This document shows, piece by piece, positions 45,599 to 56,849 of a stretch of 64,000 bases of DNA. The translations under genes and the position numbers were made by a program. The notes below the pieces were generated by a model that did not search any database, had not been told where the DNA came from, and saw nothing but the letters and a program-made list of their open reading frames with translations. Where the stretch lies: positions 2,466 through 66,465 of the forward strand of contig JAIYCD010000321.1 in the NCBI GenBank assembly GCA_027488195.1, given 5' to 3'. Within the stretch, counting starts at the first letter, position 1. Each line of letters begins with the position of its first letter. This DNA comes from Acetobacteraceae bacterium. Lineage in GTDB: Bacteria > Pseudomonadota > Alphaproteobacteria > Acetobacterales > Acetobacteraceae.

Positions 45599-46126
45599 AT
45601 GCCGATCGACCCCAGCCGCACCTTCCTCCCCGTGAACATCGCCGTGCTGACGGTGAGCGACACGCGCGACCTCAGCTCCGACCGCTCGGGCGAGACGCTG
45701 CAATCGCGCATCGAGGCGGCGGGCCATCGCTGCATCGCGCGCGAGATCCTGCGCGACGAGGCCGACCTGATCGAGGCGCAGCTGCGCGCCTGGATCGCCG
45801 ACCCCCTGGTGGATTGCGTGATCACCACGGGCGGCACCGGCATCACCGGCCGCGACGTGACGCCCGAGGCGTTCAAGCGGGTGATGGAAAAGGAAATCGA
45901 GGGCTTCGGCGAGCTGTTCCGCATGCTCAGCTACCAGAAGATCGGCACCTCCACGATGCAGTCCCGCGCGTTGGGCGGCGTGGCGCGGGGCACCTATCTG
46001 TTTGCGCTGCCCGGCAGCACGGGCGCCTGCAAGGACGCCTGGGATGACATCCTGGTCTGGCAGCTGGATGCGCGGCACCGGCCGTGCAACCTCGTGGAAC
46101 TGATGCCGCGGCTGATGGAAAACTAG
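45599..46126 (+). CDS. moaB: Molybdenum cofactor biosynthesis protein B
   Basis: [29 protein letters not shown]. Confidence 0.95.
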   Translation: MPIDPSRTFLPVNIAVLTVSDTRDLSSDRSGETLQSRIEAAGHRCIAREILRDEADLIEAQLRAWIADPLVDCVITTGGTGITGRDVTPEAFKRVMEKEIEGFGELFRMLSYQKIGTSTMQSRALGGVARGTYLFALPGSTGACKDAWDDILVWQLDARHRPCNLVELMPRLMEN

Positions 46127-46140
46127 CCTGAGCCCGGCGG

Positions 46141-46995
46141 TTACCGCCGCTGCGGGCCGAGTTCGTTCAGCTGGATGTTCTGCGCGGCGAGGTCCGCCGC
46201 CATGCTGTCCGGCGCCAGCTGGATCGCCCGCTGCCAGTCATTGCGCGCGCCCGACGCATCGCCGCGCAGCTGGCGCAGGATGCCGCGCTCCAGCAGTGCC
46301 TCGGCATTGTCGGGGGCCAGCACCAGCGCGCGTTCCACGGCGACGAAGGCCTGGTCCACCCGCTCCAGGTGGCGAAGGGCCGCAGCGCGCAGCACCCAGG
46401 CCTCGGCGCGCTCGGGTTCCAGCGCCAGGGCGGAATCGAGGTCCTCGATGGATTCGCGGTAGCGCTGCATGGAGGCGAGCACGACCGAACGGTCCACCAG
46501 CAATTCCACATCCTGCGGTGCCAGCGTCAGTGCGATGGTGACGGCGGCGAAGGCGCGGTTCGCGTCGCCCGCCATCATCCAGGCCTGGGACGCCTGGCCG
46601 AAGACGGCGGCGCGGGCGAGGCTGCCGGCGCGGCTCGCGGCCCCCAGCCGCTCCAGCCGCTCGGCCGCGCGGTCGGGCTCGCCGAGGCCGAGCAAAGCGA
46701 GGGCGATGCAGTGGCGCGCCCCCTCGCCGCCGCCCGTCGCGTCCCAGGCCTGGGCAAAGCGCATCGCCTCATCGGGGTCGTCGCGCAGCAGGGAGAGGCA
46801 GCGGTCGTAATCCGCCCCATCGGCCAGGCGCGGCATTTCCGGCGGCAAGGGGAGGTTGTCCGGCAGGGGCGTCGCCACGGGGGCGGCGCCGACGCTTTGC
46901 GGCGGGGAGGGGTGGGTCCAGAACAGGGCGCCACCCACGCCCGCGGCCGCGACGAATCCCAGGGCGATCAAAAGAAATTTCCGCACGCGGCGCAA
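46141..46995 (-). CDS. Tetratricopeptide repeat protein
   Basis: Repeated ALxLAP/EP helices; N-terminal membrane anchor; start uncertain. Confidence 0.85.
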   Translation of the reverse strand: MRRVRKFLLIALGFVAAAGVGGALFWTHPSPPQSVGAAPVATPLPDNLPLPPEMPRLADGADYDRCLSLLRDDPDEAMRFAQAWDATGGGEGARHCIALALLGLGEPDRAAERLERLGAASRAGSLARAAVFGQASQAWMMAGDANRAFAAVTIALTLAPQDVELLVDRSVVLASMQRYRESIEDLDSALALEPERAEAWVLRAAALRHLERVDQAFVAVERALVLAPDNAEALLERGILRQLRGDASGARNDWQRAIQLAPDSMAADLAAQNIQLNELGPQRR

Positions 46996-47214
46996 CCTAC
47001 AGCAAAGGGCGGTGGGAGGGAATCGAAGAGCTTGGCGGGAAGGGTCGGCGGCCGGTCACGGCCGCGGGCGCGGAAAACCATGCCAGGCCGCCGCCATCAG
47101 GACGAGAACAAACATGCGCTCCCTATGGCCCATTTTTGGCGGAACCGCCATGCGCCGTATAAGGGAGATGCGGGCCCCAGCGCCGCGCCAGGAAGAAAAG
47201 GTCACAAACCCCGG

Positions 47215-48237
47215 ATGAACGGCCTCAAGCCCATATTGGCCCGCCTTGCGGCGGGCGAACGCCTGGCCGAGAGCGAGGCCGAGGCCGCCTTCGGCATCAT
47301 CATGGCAGGCGAGGCGACGCCCGCGCAGATCGCCGGCATGCTCATGGCCATGCGCGTGCGCGGCGAGACGGTGGCCGAGATGACCGGCGCCGTGCGCGCC
47401 ATGCGGGCGCGGATGATCCCCGTCGAGGTCCCGGCCGATGCGATCGACGTGGTGGGTACAGGCGGCGATTCCTCGGGCAGCCTGAACATCTCGACCACGG
47501 CCGCGATGGTGGTGGCGGGTGCGGGCGTGCCGGTCGCCAAGCATGGCAACCGGGCGCTCTCCTCGAAATCGGGCGCGGCGGATGCGCTGGCCGCACTCGG
47601 CGTCAATCTCGACGTGCCGCTGGAGCGCCTGCCGGAGGTGATCCGCGAGGCCGGCATGGTGTTCCTGCTGGCGCCGCGCCACCACTCCGCGCTGCGCCAT
47701 GCCGGCGGCGCGCGCGTCGAGCTTGGCACGCGCACCATCTTCAATCTGCTGGGACCGCTGGCCAATCCGGGCCGGGTGAAGCGGCAGATGACCGGCGCCT
47801 TCTCGGCCGAATGGCTCCAACCCATGGCCGAGGCGCTGGGCCGCCTCGGCACCGAGGCCGCATGGGTGGTGCACGGTCAGGGCATGGATGAACTCGCCAT
47901 TTCCGGCCCCTCGGATGTGGTGGAACTGGCGGCGGGCAAGACGCGCCGCTTCACCGTGGCGCCGGAGGATGCGGGCCTGCCCCTCTGGCCGATCGAGGCG
48001 ATCCGCGGCGGCGAGCCGGCGGAGAATGCGGCGGCCCTCGTCGCCCTCCTGGAAGGCCAACCCGGCGCCTACCGGGACATGGTGCTGCTCAATGCCGCGG
48101 CTGGGCTCGTCGTGGCCGGCCGCGCCGGCAACCTGCGTGAGGGCGTGGCGTTGGCGGCCCAGAGCATTGACAGCGGGCGCGCTCTGGATGTTCTCATCCG
48201 CCTCCGCCGTGCGACCTCCGAGGCTGTTCCCGAATGA
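47215..48237 (+). CDS. trpD: Anthranilate phosphoribosyltransferase
   Basis: [31 protein letters not shown]. Confidence 0.97.
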   Translation: MNGLKPILARLAAGERLAESEAEAAFGIIMAGEATPAQIAGMLMAMRVRGETVAEMTGAVRAMRARMIPVEVPADAIDVVGTGGDSSGSLNISTTAAMVVAGAGVPVAKHGNRALSSKSGAADALAALGVNLDVPLERLPEVIREAGMVFLLAPRHHSALRHAGGARVELGTRTIFNLLGPLANPGRVKRQMTGAFSAEWLQPMAEALGRLGTEAAWVVHGQGMDELAISGPSDVVELAAGKTRRFTVAPEDAGLPLWPIEAIRGGEPAENAAALVALLEGQPGAYRDMVLLNAAAGLVVAGRAGNLREGVALAAQSIDSGRALDVLIRLRRATSEAVPE

Positions 48238-49040
48238 ACACTGATGTCATCTCCGATACCCTGGCCCGCATCCTGCGGGACAAGGAGGATGAGGTTGCCG
48301 CCGGCATGGCCGCGACCCCGCTCGCCGAGATGGAGAAGCGCGCCCTGGACCAGGACGCGCCGCGCGACTTCACCGGCGCCCTCTGCGCCAAGATCGGCGA
48401 GGGGCGGACCGGCCTGATCGCCGAGATCAAGCGCGCCTCCCCTTCCGGCGGCCTGATCCGTGACCCCTTCGAGCCGGCAGCACTTGCCCGCGCCTATGAG
48501 AGCGCGGGGGCCGCGTGCCTCTCGATCCTGACCGACGAGAAGTGGTTCCAGGGCCGCCCCGCCGACCTGATCGCCGCGCGCGCCGCCTGCAGGCTGCCGG
48601 TTCTGCGCAAGGACTTCATGATCCATCCCTTCCAGGTCTTCGAGGCCCGGGCCATGGGGGCGGATGCCATCCTGCTGATCATGGCCGCACTCAGCGACGA
48701 CCAGGCGCATGAGTTGGAGGAGGTGGCCCGCAGCCTCGACATGGCGGTGCTGGCCGAAGTGCATGACGCGCGCGAGATGGAGCGTGCGCTGGGCCTGCAG
48801 ACGCGGCTGATCGGCGTGAACAACCGCAACCTGAAAACCTTGGTGACCGACCTCGCGACCAGCGAGGAGCTCATCCCCATGGTCCCGGCCGATCGCATCC
48901 CGGTGGCCGAGAGCGGGCTGCGCACGCCCGCCGACCTGCGCCGCATGGCCGCCGCCGGCGCCAATTGCGTGCTGGTGGGCGAGCATCTGATGCGCCAGCC
49001 CGACGTGGCGGAAGCGACGCGCGCGCTGCTGGGACCATGA
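48234..49040 (+). CDS. trpC: Indole-3-glycerol phosphate synthase
   Basis: [26 protein letters not shown]. Confidence 0.97.
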   Translation: MNTDVISDTLARILRDKEDEVAAGMAATPLAEMEKRALDQDAPRDFTGALCAKIGEGRTGLIAEIKRASPSGGLIRDPFEPAALARAYESAGAACLSILTDEKWFQGRPADLIAARAACRLPVLRKDFMIHPFQVFEARAMGADAILLIMAALSDDQAHELEEVARSLDMAVLAEVHDAREMERALGLQTRLIGVNNRNLKTLVTDLATSEELIPMVPADRIPVAESGLRTPADLRRMAAAGANCVLVGEHLMRQPDVAEATRALLGP

Positions 49041-49116
49041 GTGGCCGCGTCGCAGCGCCACGGCAGGATCGGGCCGCGAATGCGGCCCGCGCCGCCCGCC
49101 GTCCGAGGGCGTAAGA

Positions 49117-49593
49117 ATGTCCACCCTCACCCATTTCGACGAAGCGGGCCGCGCCGCCATGGTGGACGTGGCGGGCAAGCCCGAGACGGAGCGGCTGGCC
49201 GTTGCGCGGGGCCGCGTGGTCATGGCGCCCGCGACGCTCGCCCTGATCGCGGATGGCCGCGCCGGCAAGGGCGATGTGCTGGGTGTCGCACGCCTCGCCG
49301 GCATCATGGCCGCGAAGAAGACCAGCGACCTCATTCCCCTCTGCCACCCGCTCATGCTGACCAAGGTGCGCGTGGATCTCTCCATCGCGGGCGCCGACAC
49401 GATCGAGATCGAGGCGCAGGTCAGCGTCACCGGCCGCACCGGCGTGGAGATGGAGGCACTGACGGCCGTCAGCGTCGCCGCACTCACCGTCTATGACATG
49501 GTGAAGGCGGTGGATCGCGGCATGCGGATCGAGGGCATCCATCTCGCGCTGAAGGAGGGCGGCAAGTCGGGCCGCTTCGAAGCGGCGCCGTGA
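49117..49593 (+). CDS. moaC: Cyclic pyranopterin monophosphate synthase
   Basis: [29 protein letters not shown]. Confidence 0.97.
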   Translation: MSTLTHFDEAGRAAMVDVAGKPETERLAVARGRVVMAPATLALIADGRAGKGDVLGVARLAGIMAAKKTSDLIPLCHPLMLTKVRVDLSIAGADTIEIEAQVSVTGRTGVEMEALTAVSVAALTVYDMVKAVDRGMRIEGIHLALKEGGKSGRFEAAP

Positions 49594-50804
49594 TCGCGCT
49601 CGACGAAGCGCGGCTGCGCATCCTCTCCGCCATTCATCCGACGGGGCCGGAGACGGTGCCGCTCGCCGCCGGCTGGAACCGCGTGCTGGCGCGGCCCGTG
49701 GTGGCGCGCCTCACGCAGCCGCCGGCCGATGTCTCGGCCATGGATGGCTATGCGGTGCGCTCGGCCGATGCGGTGGCCGGCGCCACGCTCGGCATGATCG
49801 GCGCCGCCCCTGCCGGCCGCCCCTTCGCGGGCGAGGTGGGCGCGGGCCAGGCGGTGCGGATCTTCACCGGCGGCTTCGTGCCGGCGGGCGCCGACGCCAT
49901 CCTGATCCAGGAGAATGCGAAGGCCGAGGGCGCAAGCCTGACCGTGACCGAGGGCGTCGCCCGCGGCCGCTGGATCCGCCGCCGCGGGCTCGACTTCGCC
50001 GAAGGGCAGGAACTCCTCCCCGCCGGGCGGCGGCTGACGGCGCGCGACATCGGGCTGGCGGCCGCGTCCAACCATCCCTGGCTCACCGTGCATCGCCGGC
50101 CGCGCATCGGCATCCTCGCCACCGGCGACGAGATCGCGCTGCCGGGCGAGCCCCTGCCGCCCGGCGGCATCGTCAGTTCCAACGCGCATGCGCTGGCGGC
50201 CCTCATCGCCTCGGCGGGGGGCGAGGGCTGCATCCTGCCCATCGCCCCGGATGACGCGGCCAGCATCGCCGCACTCGCGGGCTCGGGCGGCTATGACCTG
50301 CTGGTGACGACCGGCGGCGCCAGCGTGGGCGAGCATGACCTGGTGCAGAAGGCGCTGGGCCAATCCACGACCCCTGGGGGCTTCGCGCTCGATTTCTGGA
50401 AGATCGCGATGCGGCCGGGCAAGCCGCTGATCTGGGGGAAGCTCGGCGCCATGCCGGTGCTGGGGCTGCCGGGCAACCCGGTCTCGGCGCTGGTCTGCGC
50501 CGTGGTCTTCCTGCTGCCCGCACTCGCCCGCATGCAGGGCCAGCCCGAGGACGCGCCGCCCACCATCCGCGCGATCGCGGGCACCGACCTGCCGGAGAAC
50601 GACCAGCGCGCCGACCATCTGCGCGCCACCCTGACGCCCGCCACGGAAGGCGGCTGGATCGCCACGCCCGCCAGCCGGCAGGACAGTTCCATGCTGGCGG
50701 TGCTGGCCTCGGCGGATGGCCTGATCCTCCGCGCGCCCTTCGCGCCGGCGCTGGCCAAGGGCGGGGCGGTCCAGGTGATTCCTCTGGCGTCGTTGGGCGT
50801 CTGA
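49590..50804 (+). CDS. moeA: Molybdopterin molybdenumtransferase
   Basis: [32 protein letters not shown]. Confidence 0.96.
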   Translation: MIALDEARLRILSAIHPTGPETVPLAAGWNRVLARPVVARLTQPPADVSAMDGYAVRSADAVAGATLGMIGAAPAGRPFAGEVGAGQAVRIFTGGFVPAGADAILIQENAKAEGASLTVTEGVARGRWIRRRGLDFAEGQELLPAGRRLTARDIGLAAASNHPWLTVHRRPRIGILATGDEIALPGEPLPPGGIVSSNAHALAALIASAGGEGCILPIAPDDAASIAALAGSGGYDLLVTTGGASVGEHDLVQKALGQSTTPGGFALDFWKIAMRPGKPLIWGKLGAMPVLGLPGNPVSALVCAVVFLLPALARMQGQPEDAPPTIRAIAGTDLPENDQRADHLRATLTPATEGGWIATPASRQDSSMLAVLASADGLILRAPFAPALAKGGAVQVIPLASLGV

Positions 50805-50905
50805 GACGGATCGCCCGCCGGTGATGGCCTGGCACTCCGCGCATCGAATGATCAAGGGCATGGCAGCCGGGGACTCACGGATGCGATCGCAGGGAGGAAG
50901 CGAGC

Positions 50906-51822
50906 TTAGCGAACCGCCAGATAGGCCAGGCGCTTGATCTCACGCCGGCTGTGGGTGATCGCCGCGAGAATGAGGCCCACGGCGAGCATGACCAGCGCGG
51001 AGATGACGAAACCTGATGCAAGCACCGCGGTCGGCAGCCTGGGCACAAGCCCAGTGGCCAGAAACTCCGCGACCACCGGCAGGCCCAATGCCAGTCCGGC
51101 AAGCAGCAGGAGCGCCGCGACGGCCGAGAATAATTCCATGGGGCGCTCGCGTTCCACCAGGACCCCGATCAGCCGCAGGATGATGAAGCCATCTCGGTGG
51201 GTGGCGGGCTTTGAGGTGGAACCCCCGGGCCGCTCGCCGTAGGGGGCGGTGATCTCGCCGACGGGCAGCTTGAGCTCCAGGGCGTGGATCATCAGCGCCG
51301 TCTCAATCTCGAAACCGGCCGACATGGCCGGGAAGGACTTCACGAAGCGGCGCGAGAACACCTTGTAGCCGCTCAGCATGTCGCGCGTCTGTTGGCCGAA
51401 GACGCGGCCCACCAATCCCGTGAGCACGCGATTGCCGAAGCGGTGGCCGCGCCGGTACGCCTTGCTGCCCGTCTCCCCCGCGCGGCGTTGACCATCTCCA
51501 GGTGGTTGGCGATGGCGTGCTGCAGGAGGCGCGGGGCGGCTGTGGCCTCATAGGTGGCATCGCCATCCACCATCAGGTACCAGTCGGCCTCGATGTCGGC
51601 GAACCTGCGGCGCACGATGCTGCCCTTGCCCGGCCGCTGTTCGGCACGGACTTCCGCGCCGGCTGCGCGTGCGGCCTCCGCCGTGGCATCGGTGCTGTTG
51701 TTGACGTAGACGTAGATGGCCGCATGCGGAAGGGCGGCGGCGAAGCCGCGTACCACTTCGGCTAGGGTGAGTGCCTTGTTTTGGCAGGGGATCAGGACTG
51801 CGATGGAAGGCTGTTTGCTCAC
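50906..51822 (-). pseudogene. GtrB/DPM-synthase-like GT2 glycosyltransferase, frameshifted near 51477
   Basis: N-half (…MVDGDATY…MVNAAR) and C-half (AYRRGHRFGN…DMLSGY…FEIE) lie in different frames; N-terminal motifs also degenerate. Confidence 0.85.
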
Positions 51823-51891
51823 GGGAGGACTTCCTGAGGAAACCGCGATCTAGCTAGCTAGCCGGCAGGGCTTGTGCTATGCGCCCGCGGG

Positions 51892-53469
51892 ATGCGTCGC
51901 GAATTCGCCTGGATTGCTGCGGTTGGGGGTGCCACCCTTGTCCTGCTCGGCCTGCACTTGTGGTTGTGGGACGTCCCTGGCGCCTACATGGATTCCATCA
52001 ATCCGGATTACATCGTGGTGCGCCTGCTGGGCGGAACTGATGCACGGACGAACGTGCCGGCCTGGGTGATTCCGGGCAACCTGATCGCGGGCCGTTGGCC
52101 GCTTCTGATGCAAATCTACCATGGTACGCTCACCTTCCACCTGGGGCTGCCAGTCTATGCCTTGGCGGGGACAGGGCTCTGGGGCATCCGCGTGGCGAAT
52201 GGATGGTTCGCGCTCCTGGTCCTGCTTTCGCTTGCCTTCCTGCTTCGCCGCCTGGGCGCGGCGTGGCTGGTCGCTGCCGCGGGCCTGCTGGTGCTGGCAA
52301 CCGACCCGGTTTTCCTGATGAGCTTCCGTTCCCAATTCTATATCACGACGATGCCGGCAGCCCTTGTACTTGCGGCTGCGGCGCTGCTCACGGGGCAGGC
52401 CGACTGGCGGCGAGCCCTTGCGGCTGGCGGTTGTGCCGGGCTGGCGGCTTATGGCTACTTCATCTGGGCCTTTCCGCTGGTCTTCATGGCAGCGGTGGTC
52501 CTGGCGCTGCCGCTGGGTTGGCGCGCGCGCGCGGCCTTCGTCGCCGGGGCGGCTGGCGGCCTCTCGCTCTACGCGCTGGGCTACCTGCTGTTTTGGGCGG
52601 TATCTCCCAGTACCGCGCAGTTTGCGGACAGCTTCATGTCCTTCGTCCGCGCACAGTCGCCGGGCCAATCCTCTCAGGACTTCGCCCAACGCCTCGCAAC
52701 CGTCGCTACGCTGTCCCGCCTGGCGCTGGACAATGGCGGCAGCTGGGCACTCATGTTCGGGGGCGGAGAAATGGCATGGGCACAGATCCGGCTCTGGCTG
52801 TTGCTCCTGCTGGCGGCGGGCGGCGGGGCGGCGGCTGTCGCCCGTCCCGCAACGCGCCCGGCGACGTTCGTCCTGACCGCTGCGATCCTCGGCTTCGTCC
52901 CACTCGGCCTGGTCTTCGGCAATCGCTTGTGGGTGCACCACTTCGCCCCTCTGGCGGCGCTGATTCCCGCGGTCGGTGCCGTGGGTCTTCTCGCTCTTTG
53001 GAAGGCGGGCGGCGCCTGGCGCCCTGTGGGGCTGTTTGTCGCCGCGCTGCTCGTCCTTGCAAACCTTGCGGGCTGGCATGATGGGATGCGGCGCTTGGCT
53101 GCGACGGGAGGCAAGGGACTGTTTTCAGACGCAATTTCCCGCTTCGCGCAGGAAATGTCCGTCCAGCGGCCGGCGCCGCAGGTGGTGGCGGCCGATTGGG
53201 GCATCTTCATGCCTGTCGCCATGATCGGCGGTGGCCGAGTCCCCGTCTGGACCGAGTTCAATCCGAATGCGATCCGTCGGCGGCTCTGCCAGGGCAGGGA
53301 TGTCGCCCTCGCCTTCCTTCCCGCGCGGGGTGAGGACCGCGTGGCGCGGTGGGAGGTCGAGTTGGGTTGGACCCCGCCACGCCGAACGGATTACGCAGAG
53401 CGGGACGGGACGCCCAATCTTGGGGTGTTGTTCTGGACCGCGGCTGACAGGCCGCCCAACGCTTGCTGA
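51892..53469 (+). CDS. Polytopic membrane protein, probable GT-C (ArnT/PMT-like) glycosyltransferase
   Basis: Many TM segments; acidic loop YMDSINPD after TM1; divergent from the GtrB-like gene. Confidence 0.65.
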   Translation: MRREFAWIAAVGGATLVLLGLHLWLWDVPGAYMDSINPDYIVVRLLGGTDARTNVPAWVIPGNLIAGRWPLLMQIYHGTLTFHLGLPVYALAGTGLWGIRVANGWFALLVLLSLAFLLRRLGAAWLVAAAGLLVLATDPVFLMSFRSQFYITTMPAALVLAAAALLTGQADWRRALAAGGCAGLAAYGYFIWAFPLVFMAAVVLALPLGWRARAAFVAGAAGGLSLYALGYLLFWAVSPSTAQFADSFMSFVRAQSPGQSSQDFAQRLATVATLSRLALDNGGSWALMFGGGEMAWAQIRLWLLLLLAAGGGAAAVARPATRPATFVLTAAILGFVPLGLVFGNRLWVHHFAPLAALIPAVGAVGLLALWKAGGAWRPVGLFVAALLVLANLAGWHDGMRRLAATGGKGLFSDAISRFAQEMSVQRPAPQVVAADWGIFMPVAMIGGGRVPVWTEFNPNAIRRRLCQGRDVALAFLPARGEDRVARWEVELGWTPPRRTDYAERDGTPNLGVLFWTAADRPPNAC

Positions 53470-53769
53470 AGCCCGGCGCATCTGGCGCCATGAAGGCACC
53501 TGCCGCTTCTCCCTCGCGCGGCAAGGAGCGCGCAGGGCAGGTGCTCGTGTTGCGATCAGGCGACAGCGCCGACATGTCCCAGATCGCCCGCTGACCAACG
53601 CCGAGGTAGGCTAGACTTGGTCTCCATCAAGCCGGTACGAGCCTAAGGCATCAACCCTTGGGTTTTCGCTGCGGCTGTTTCCAGGCGGCAGGCCTGCTAC
53701 AGCCCGCTATTGAATTGTTGTTCTACTGACTTCTTGCCATCGCTCATGAATTTCCGGTTGGAGATAAGT

Positions 53770-55983
53770 GTGTCCAAAGCCTCCTCTTCGACGCCGCGCT
53801 TTCTGAGGCGACAAGCGGGCCGTGTCCGCAAGCTCGCCTATTGGACCGTGACAGGGCAGTTGTTCCGGCAGCTGCGCGACCGGCGCGAGTTCATCCAGGC
53901 GCGGCTGGACTATCTGCTGGAGAGGGTGCGCATCAGGAGCCGCGTCAGCGCCAATCTGCGCCCCACGCTCGGCCTGCCGCCCGCCCTGCCGACGCCCGAC
54001 CCCTCCGCCCTTGTGCTCCCCACCTCGGACGCGCCGGTGCTGACGATCATCATCCCGACCTATGGCCAGGTCGATTATACCCTGCGATGCCTCGCTTCCA
54101 TCGCAGCCCACCCCCCCAGCATCGCCTTCGAGGTCCTGGTGGTTGATGACGCCTCGGGCGATCCACGCGTGGCGGAGCTGCGTGGCGTCCGGGGACTGCG
54201 TCTCACGGAGCGCGCCGCAAACCTGGGCTTCCTGCTCTCCTGCAACGACGCCGCGAAGGAAGCGCGCGGGGCATACCTGTTCCTTCTCAACAACGATACC
54301 GAAGTGATGCCGGGCGCGCTCGACGCTCTCCATGAGACCTTCGTCGCCCATCCCGAAGCGGGTCTCGTCGGCGCGCGGCTGCTCTATCCGGATGGCTGGC
54401 AGCAGGAGGCGGGCGGCATCGTCTGGAATGACGGCACCGCCTGGAACCACGGCAACCGGGCAGACCCGCGCAGGCCAGCCTATAATTACCTTCGCGATGC
54501 CGACTACATCTCCGGCGCGGCCATCATGCTGCCCTCGCCCCTCTGGCGGGAACTCGGCGGGTTCGATCCGCACTACATGCCGGCCTATTGCGAAGACACG
54601 GACCTCGCCTTTCGAGTGCGAGCGGCCGGCCGGCGCGTGCTCTACCAGCCCCGGGCCATCGTGATCCACCATGAGGGCATCTCCCACGGCACGGACGTCA
54701 AGGCGGGGGTGAAGGCCTACCAGATCGCCAACTTCGAGAAGCTTCGGGAGCGCTGGGGCGCAACGCTGCGGGCCGAACATCTTCCGCATGGCACCAGGGT
54801 CATGCGGGCGGCCGACCGGGCGCTGAATCGCAAGATCGCGCTCGTCATCGACAACAATGTGCCGGAGCCGGATCGCGACGCGGGTTCCCGCTGCATGGTG
54901 GGTGTGATCGACGCCCTTCTGGCGCGGGGACGGGTCGTCAAGTTCTGGCCCCTGAACGGCTGGAAGACGCCCGGCTACAGCGAGGCGCTTCAGGAGCGTG
55001 GCGTCGAAGTGCTGTACGGCCCGTGGTCGGGACGCTTCGCCGACTGGATGAAGGCGAATGGCGCCGAGATCGACGAGATCCTCGTCTCCCGCCCGCATGT
55101 CGCGACGGCGACCTTCCCTGAGATCCGGGCCCATAGCCGTGCCCCGATCATCTTCTACGGCCATGACCTGCACCATGCCCGCCTCCAGCGCGAGGCGGCG
55201 TTGCTGGACTCCGCCGCGCTGCGGGCCGAGGCCGCCAGCGCGCTGGCCGAGGAAACCGCCGCCTGGCATGCGGCCGACCTCAGCCTCTATCTCTCGGAGG
55301 AGGAAGCGACGGCCGTCCGCGCCATCGCGCCCGAGGTGCCGGTCGGCGCCATCACCCCCTATGCCTTGCCGCCGCTGGCGCCCGAGATGCCGCGCCCCGA
55401 GCGGCGCAGCGGCCTGCTCTTCGTCGCGGGCTTCGGCCATCCGCCCAACGAGGATGCGGCCTGCTGGTTCGTGGCCGAAATCCTGCCCCTTCTCCGCGCG
55501 GCCCATCCCGAAGTGACGCTGACCCTGGCCGGCTCCAAGCCCACCGAGAGGGTCCGCGCCCTGGCGGGCCCGGGCATCGAGGTCACGGGCTACATCTCCG
55601 ATGAGGAACTCGCGCGGCGCTATGCCCAGGCGCGTGTCGTCGTCTGCCCGCTGAGATTCGGCGCGGGCGTGAAGCTGAAGGTGGTCGAGGCGCTGCATGG
55701 CGGCGTGCCATTGGTGACGACGCCCGTGGGCGCACAGGGGCTTGAGGACGTCGAGGCGGCCTGCGCCGTGGCGGAGGACCCCCGCGACTTCGCCGGGCAT
55801 GTGCTCCGCCTGATGACGGATGACGCCGCCTGGACCGCCCAGGCCACCCGCCAGCGTGATTATGCGGGGAACCGCTTCTCCGCCGCCGCGGTCGAGCAGC
55901 GGCTTGAATCCGCCTTTGCGGAGGCCGCCGCGCATGCGGCCGCGCGGATCAGCGCAACCGTGCGAGCGCGACCCAAACGCTGA
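53770..55983 (+). CDS. Bifunctional GT2 plus GT4 glycosyltransferase
   Basis: IIIPTY, VVDDAS, LLNND, YCEDTD; C-terminal PLRFGAGVKLKVVEA. Confidence 0.9.
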   Translation: MSKASSSTPRFLRRQAGRVRKLAYWTVTGQLFRQLRDRREFIQARLDYLLERVRIRSRVSANLRPTLGLPPALPTPDPSALVLPTSDAPVLTIIIPTYGQVDYTLRCLASIAAHPPSIAFEVLVVDDASGDPRVAELRGVRGLRLTERAANLGFLLSCNDAAKEARGAYLFLLNNDTEVMPGALDALHETFVAHPEAGLVGARLLYPDGWQQEAGGIVWNDGTAWNHGNRADPRRPAYNYLRDADYISGAAIMLPSPLWRELGGFDPHYMPAYCEDTDLAFRVRAAGRRVLYQPRAIVIHHEGISHGTDVKAGVKAYQIANFEKLRERWGATLRAEHLPHGTRVMRAADRALNRKIALVIDNNVPEPDRDAGSRCMVGVIDALLARGRVVKFWPLNGWKTPGYSEALQERGVEVLYGPWSGRFADWMKANGAEIDEILVSRPHVATATFPEIRAHSRAPIIFYGHDLHHARLQREAALLDSAALRAEAASALAEETAAWHAADLSLYLSEEEATAVRAIAPEVPVGAITPYALPPLAPEMPRPERRSGLLFVAGFGHPPNEDAACWFVAEILPLLRAAHPEVTLTLAGSKPTERVRALAGPGIEVTGYISDEELARRYAQARVVVCPLRFGAGVKLKVVEALHGGVPLVTTPVGAQGLEDVEAACAVAEDPRDFAGHVLRLMTDDAAWTAQATRQRDYAGNRFSAAAVEQRLESAFAEAAAHAAARISATVRARPKR

Positions 55984-56848
55984 GCAGGATCTGCCCACCC
56001 CGCGCGTGATGGGCGAGGCCAGAGCGCCGCAGCGCCGCGAGGCGGCGCAGCGGCGAGGCGGCCCGCAGGCCTTCCGCCTCCCGCAGGACGGCACGGGCCT
56101 CTTCCGTCAGCGGCAGCGCCGGCAGCGTCGCCATGAACCGGGCCAGGGGCAGGTAGAAGCTTGACGGACCACGGCCGAGCATGCGGCGCGCCCGGGCGAT
56201 CAAGGCCGCCCCCCCGCCCACCAGGTTGCCCGCATGCTGCCGGTAGAGCAGGCCCGGTTCGGGATCGAAGACCAGCCGGCCGCCGCAGCCCGTCACGGCC
56301 AGCGCGCACCACCAGTCATGCAGCCCCCCCTCGGGCATGGGCGCGGCAAGGGCCCATCGGCGGCCGCGTGCGGTCATCACCATGGTGCAGCCCGCCGCCA
56401 CATTATGCGCCAGCAGCGTGGCAAAGACCGGCGGGCGCGAGGGCATGGCCGAAACGCCGATCGGGCGCAGTTCCGGCGTGACGAGCATGAGGCGTGCGCA
56501 GCTGAGGTCCGCGCTGTCCAGCTGGGCCACGCCGCGCGCGAGCTTGTCGGGCAGCCAGACGTCGTCCTGGTCCATGAAGGCGTGGAAGGGCGCTTCGGGC
56601 GCGGCGGCCAGCAGGCGCATGAAGGAGGCACCCGCGCCCAGCCGCCCGTCGGACGCCAGGGCTGCCACCCGGCCCGGATGGCGCGCGGCGAAGGCGTCGA
56701 GCGTGGCGAGGGTCGCGTCCGTCGAGCCATCATCCCGGTAGAGCAGGGACCAGTCGACGCCCCGCTGCGCGGCGAGGCTTTCCAACTGCTCCGACAGGTA
56801 TGCCGCGCCATTGTAGCAGGCGAGCAGAACCTGCACCCGGGGGAACAA
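55949..56848 (-). CDS. GT2 glycosyltransferase (rhamnosyltransferase-like)
   Basis: LLACYNG, RDDGS, DQDDVW, GCT, HDWW, LYRQH. Confidence 0.9.
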   Translation of the reverse strand: MFPRVQVLLACYNGAAYLSEQLESLAAQRGVDWSLLYRDDGSTDATLATLDAFAARHPGRVAALASDGRLGAGASFMRLLAAAPEAPFHAFMDQDDVWLPDKLARGVAQLDSADLSCARLMLVTPELRPIGVSAMPSRPPVFATLLAHNVAAGCTMVMTARGRRWALAAPMPEGGLHDWWCALAVTGCGGRLVFDPEPGLLYRQHAGNLVGGGAALIARARRMLGRGPSSFYLPLARFMATLPALPLTEEARAVLREAEGLRAASPLRRLAALRRSGLAHHARGGQILLSVWVALARLR

Positions 56849-56849
56849 G

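Noticed and set aside
47000-47214. Possible trp attenuator leader before trpD
   Set aside because: Only one Trp codon, in frame with trpD; no short leader peptide or terminator with a U-tract.
50804-50905. lexA is missing after moeA, and trpG before trpD, compared with the common alphaproteobacterial order
   Set aside because: Gene order varies by lineage and the genes may lie elsewhere; cannot be judged from this window.
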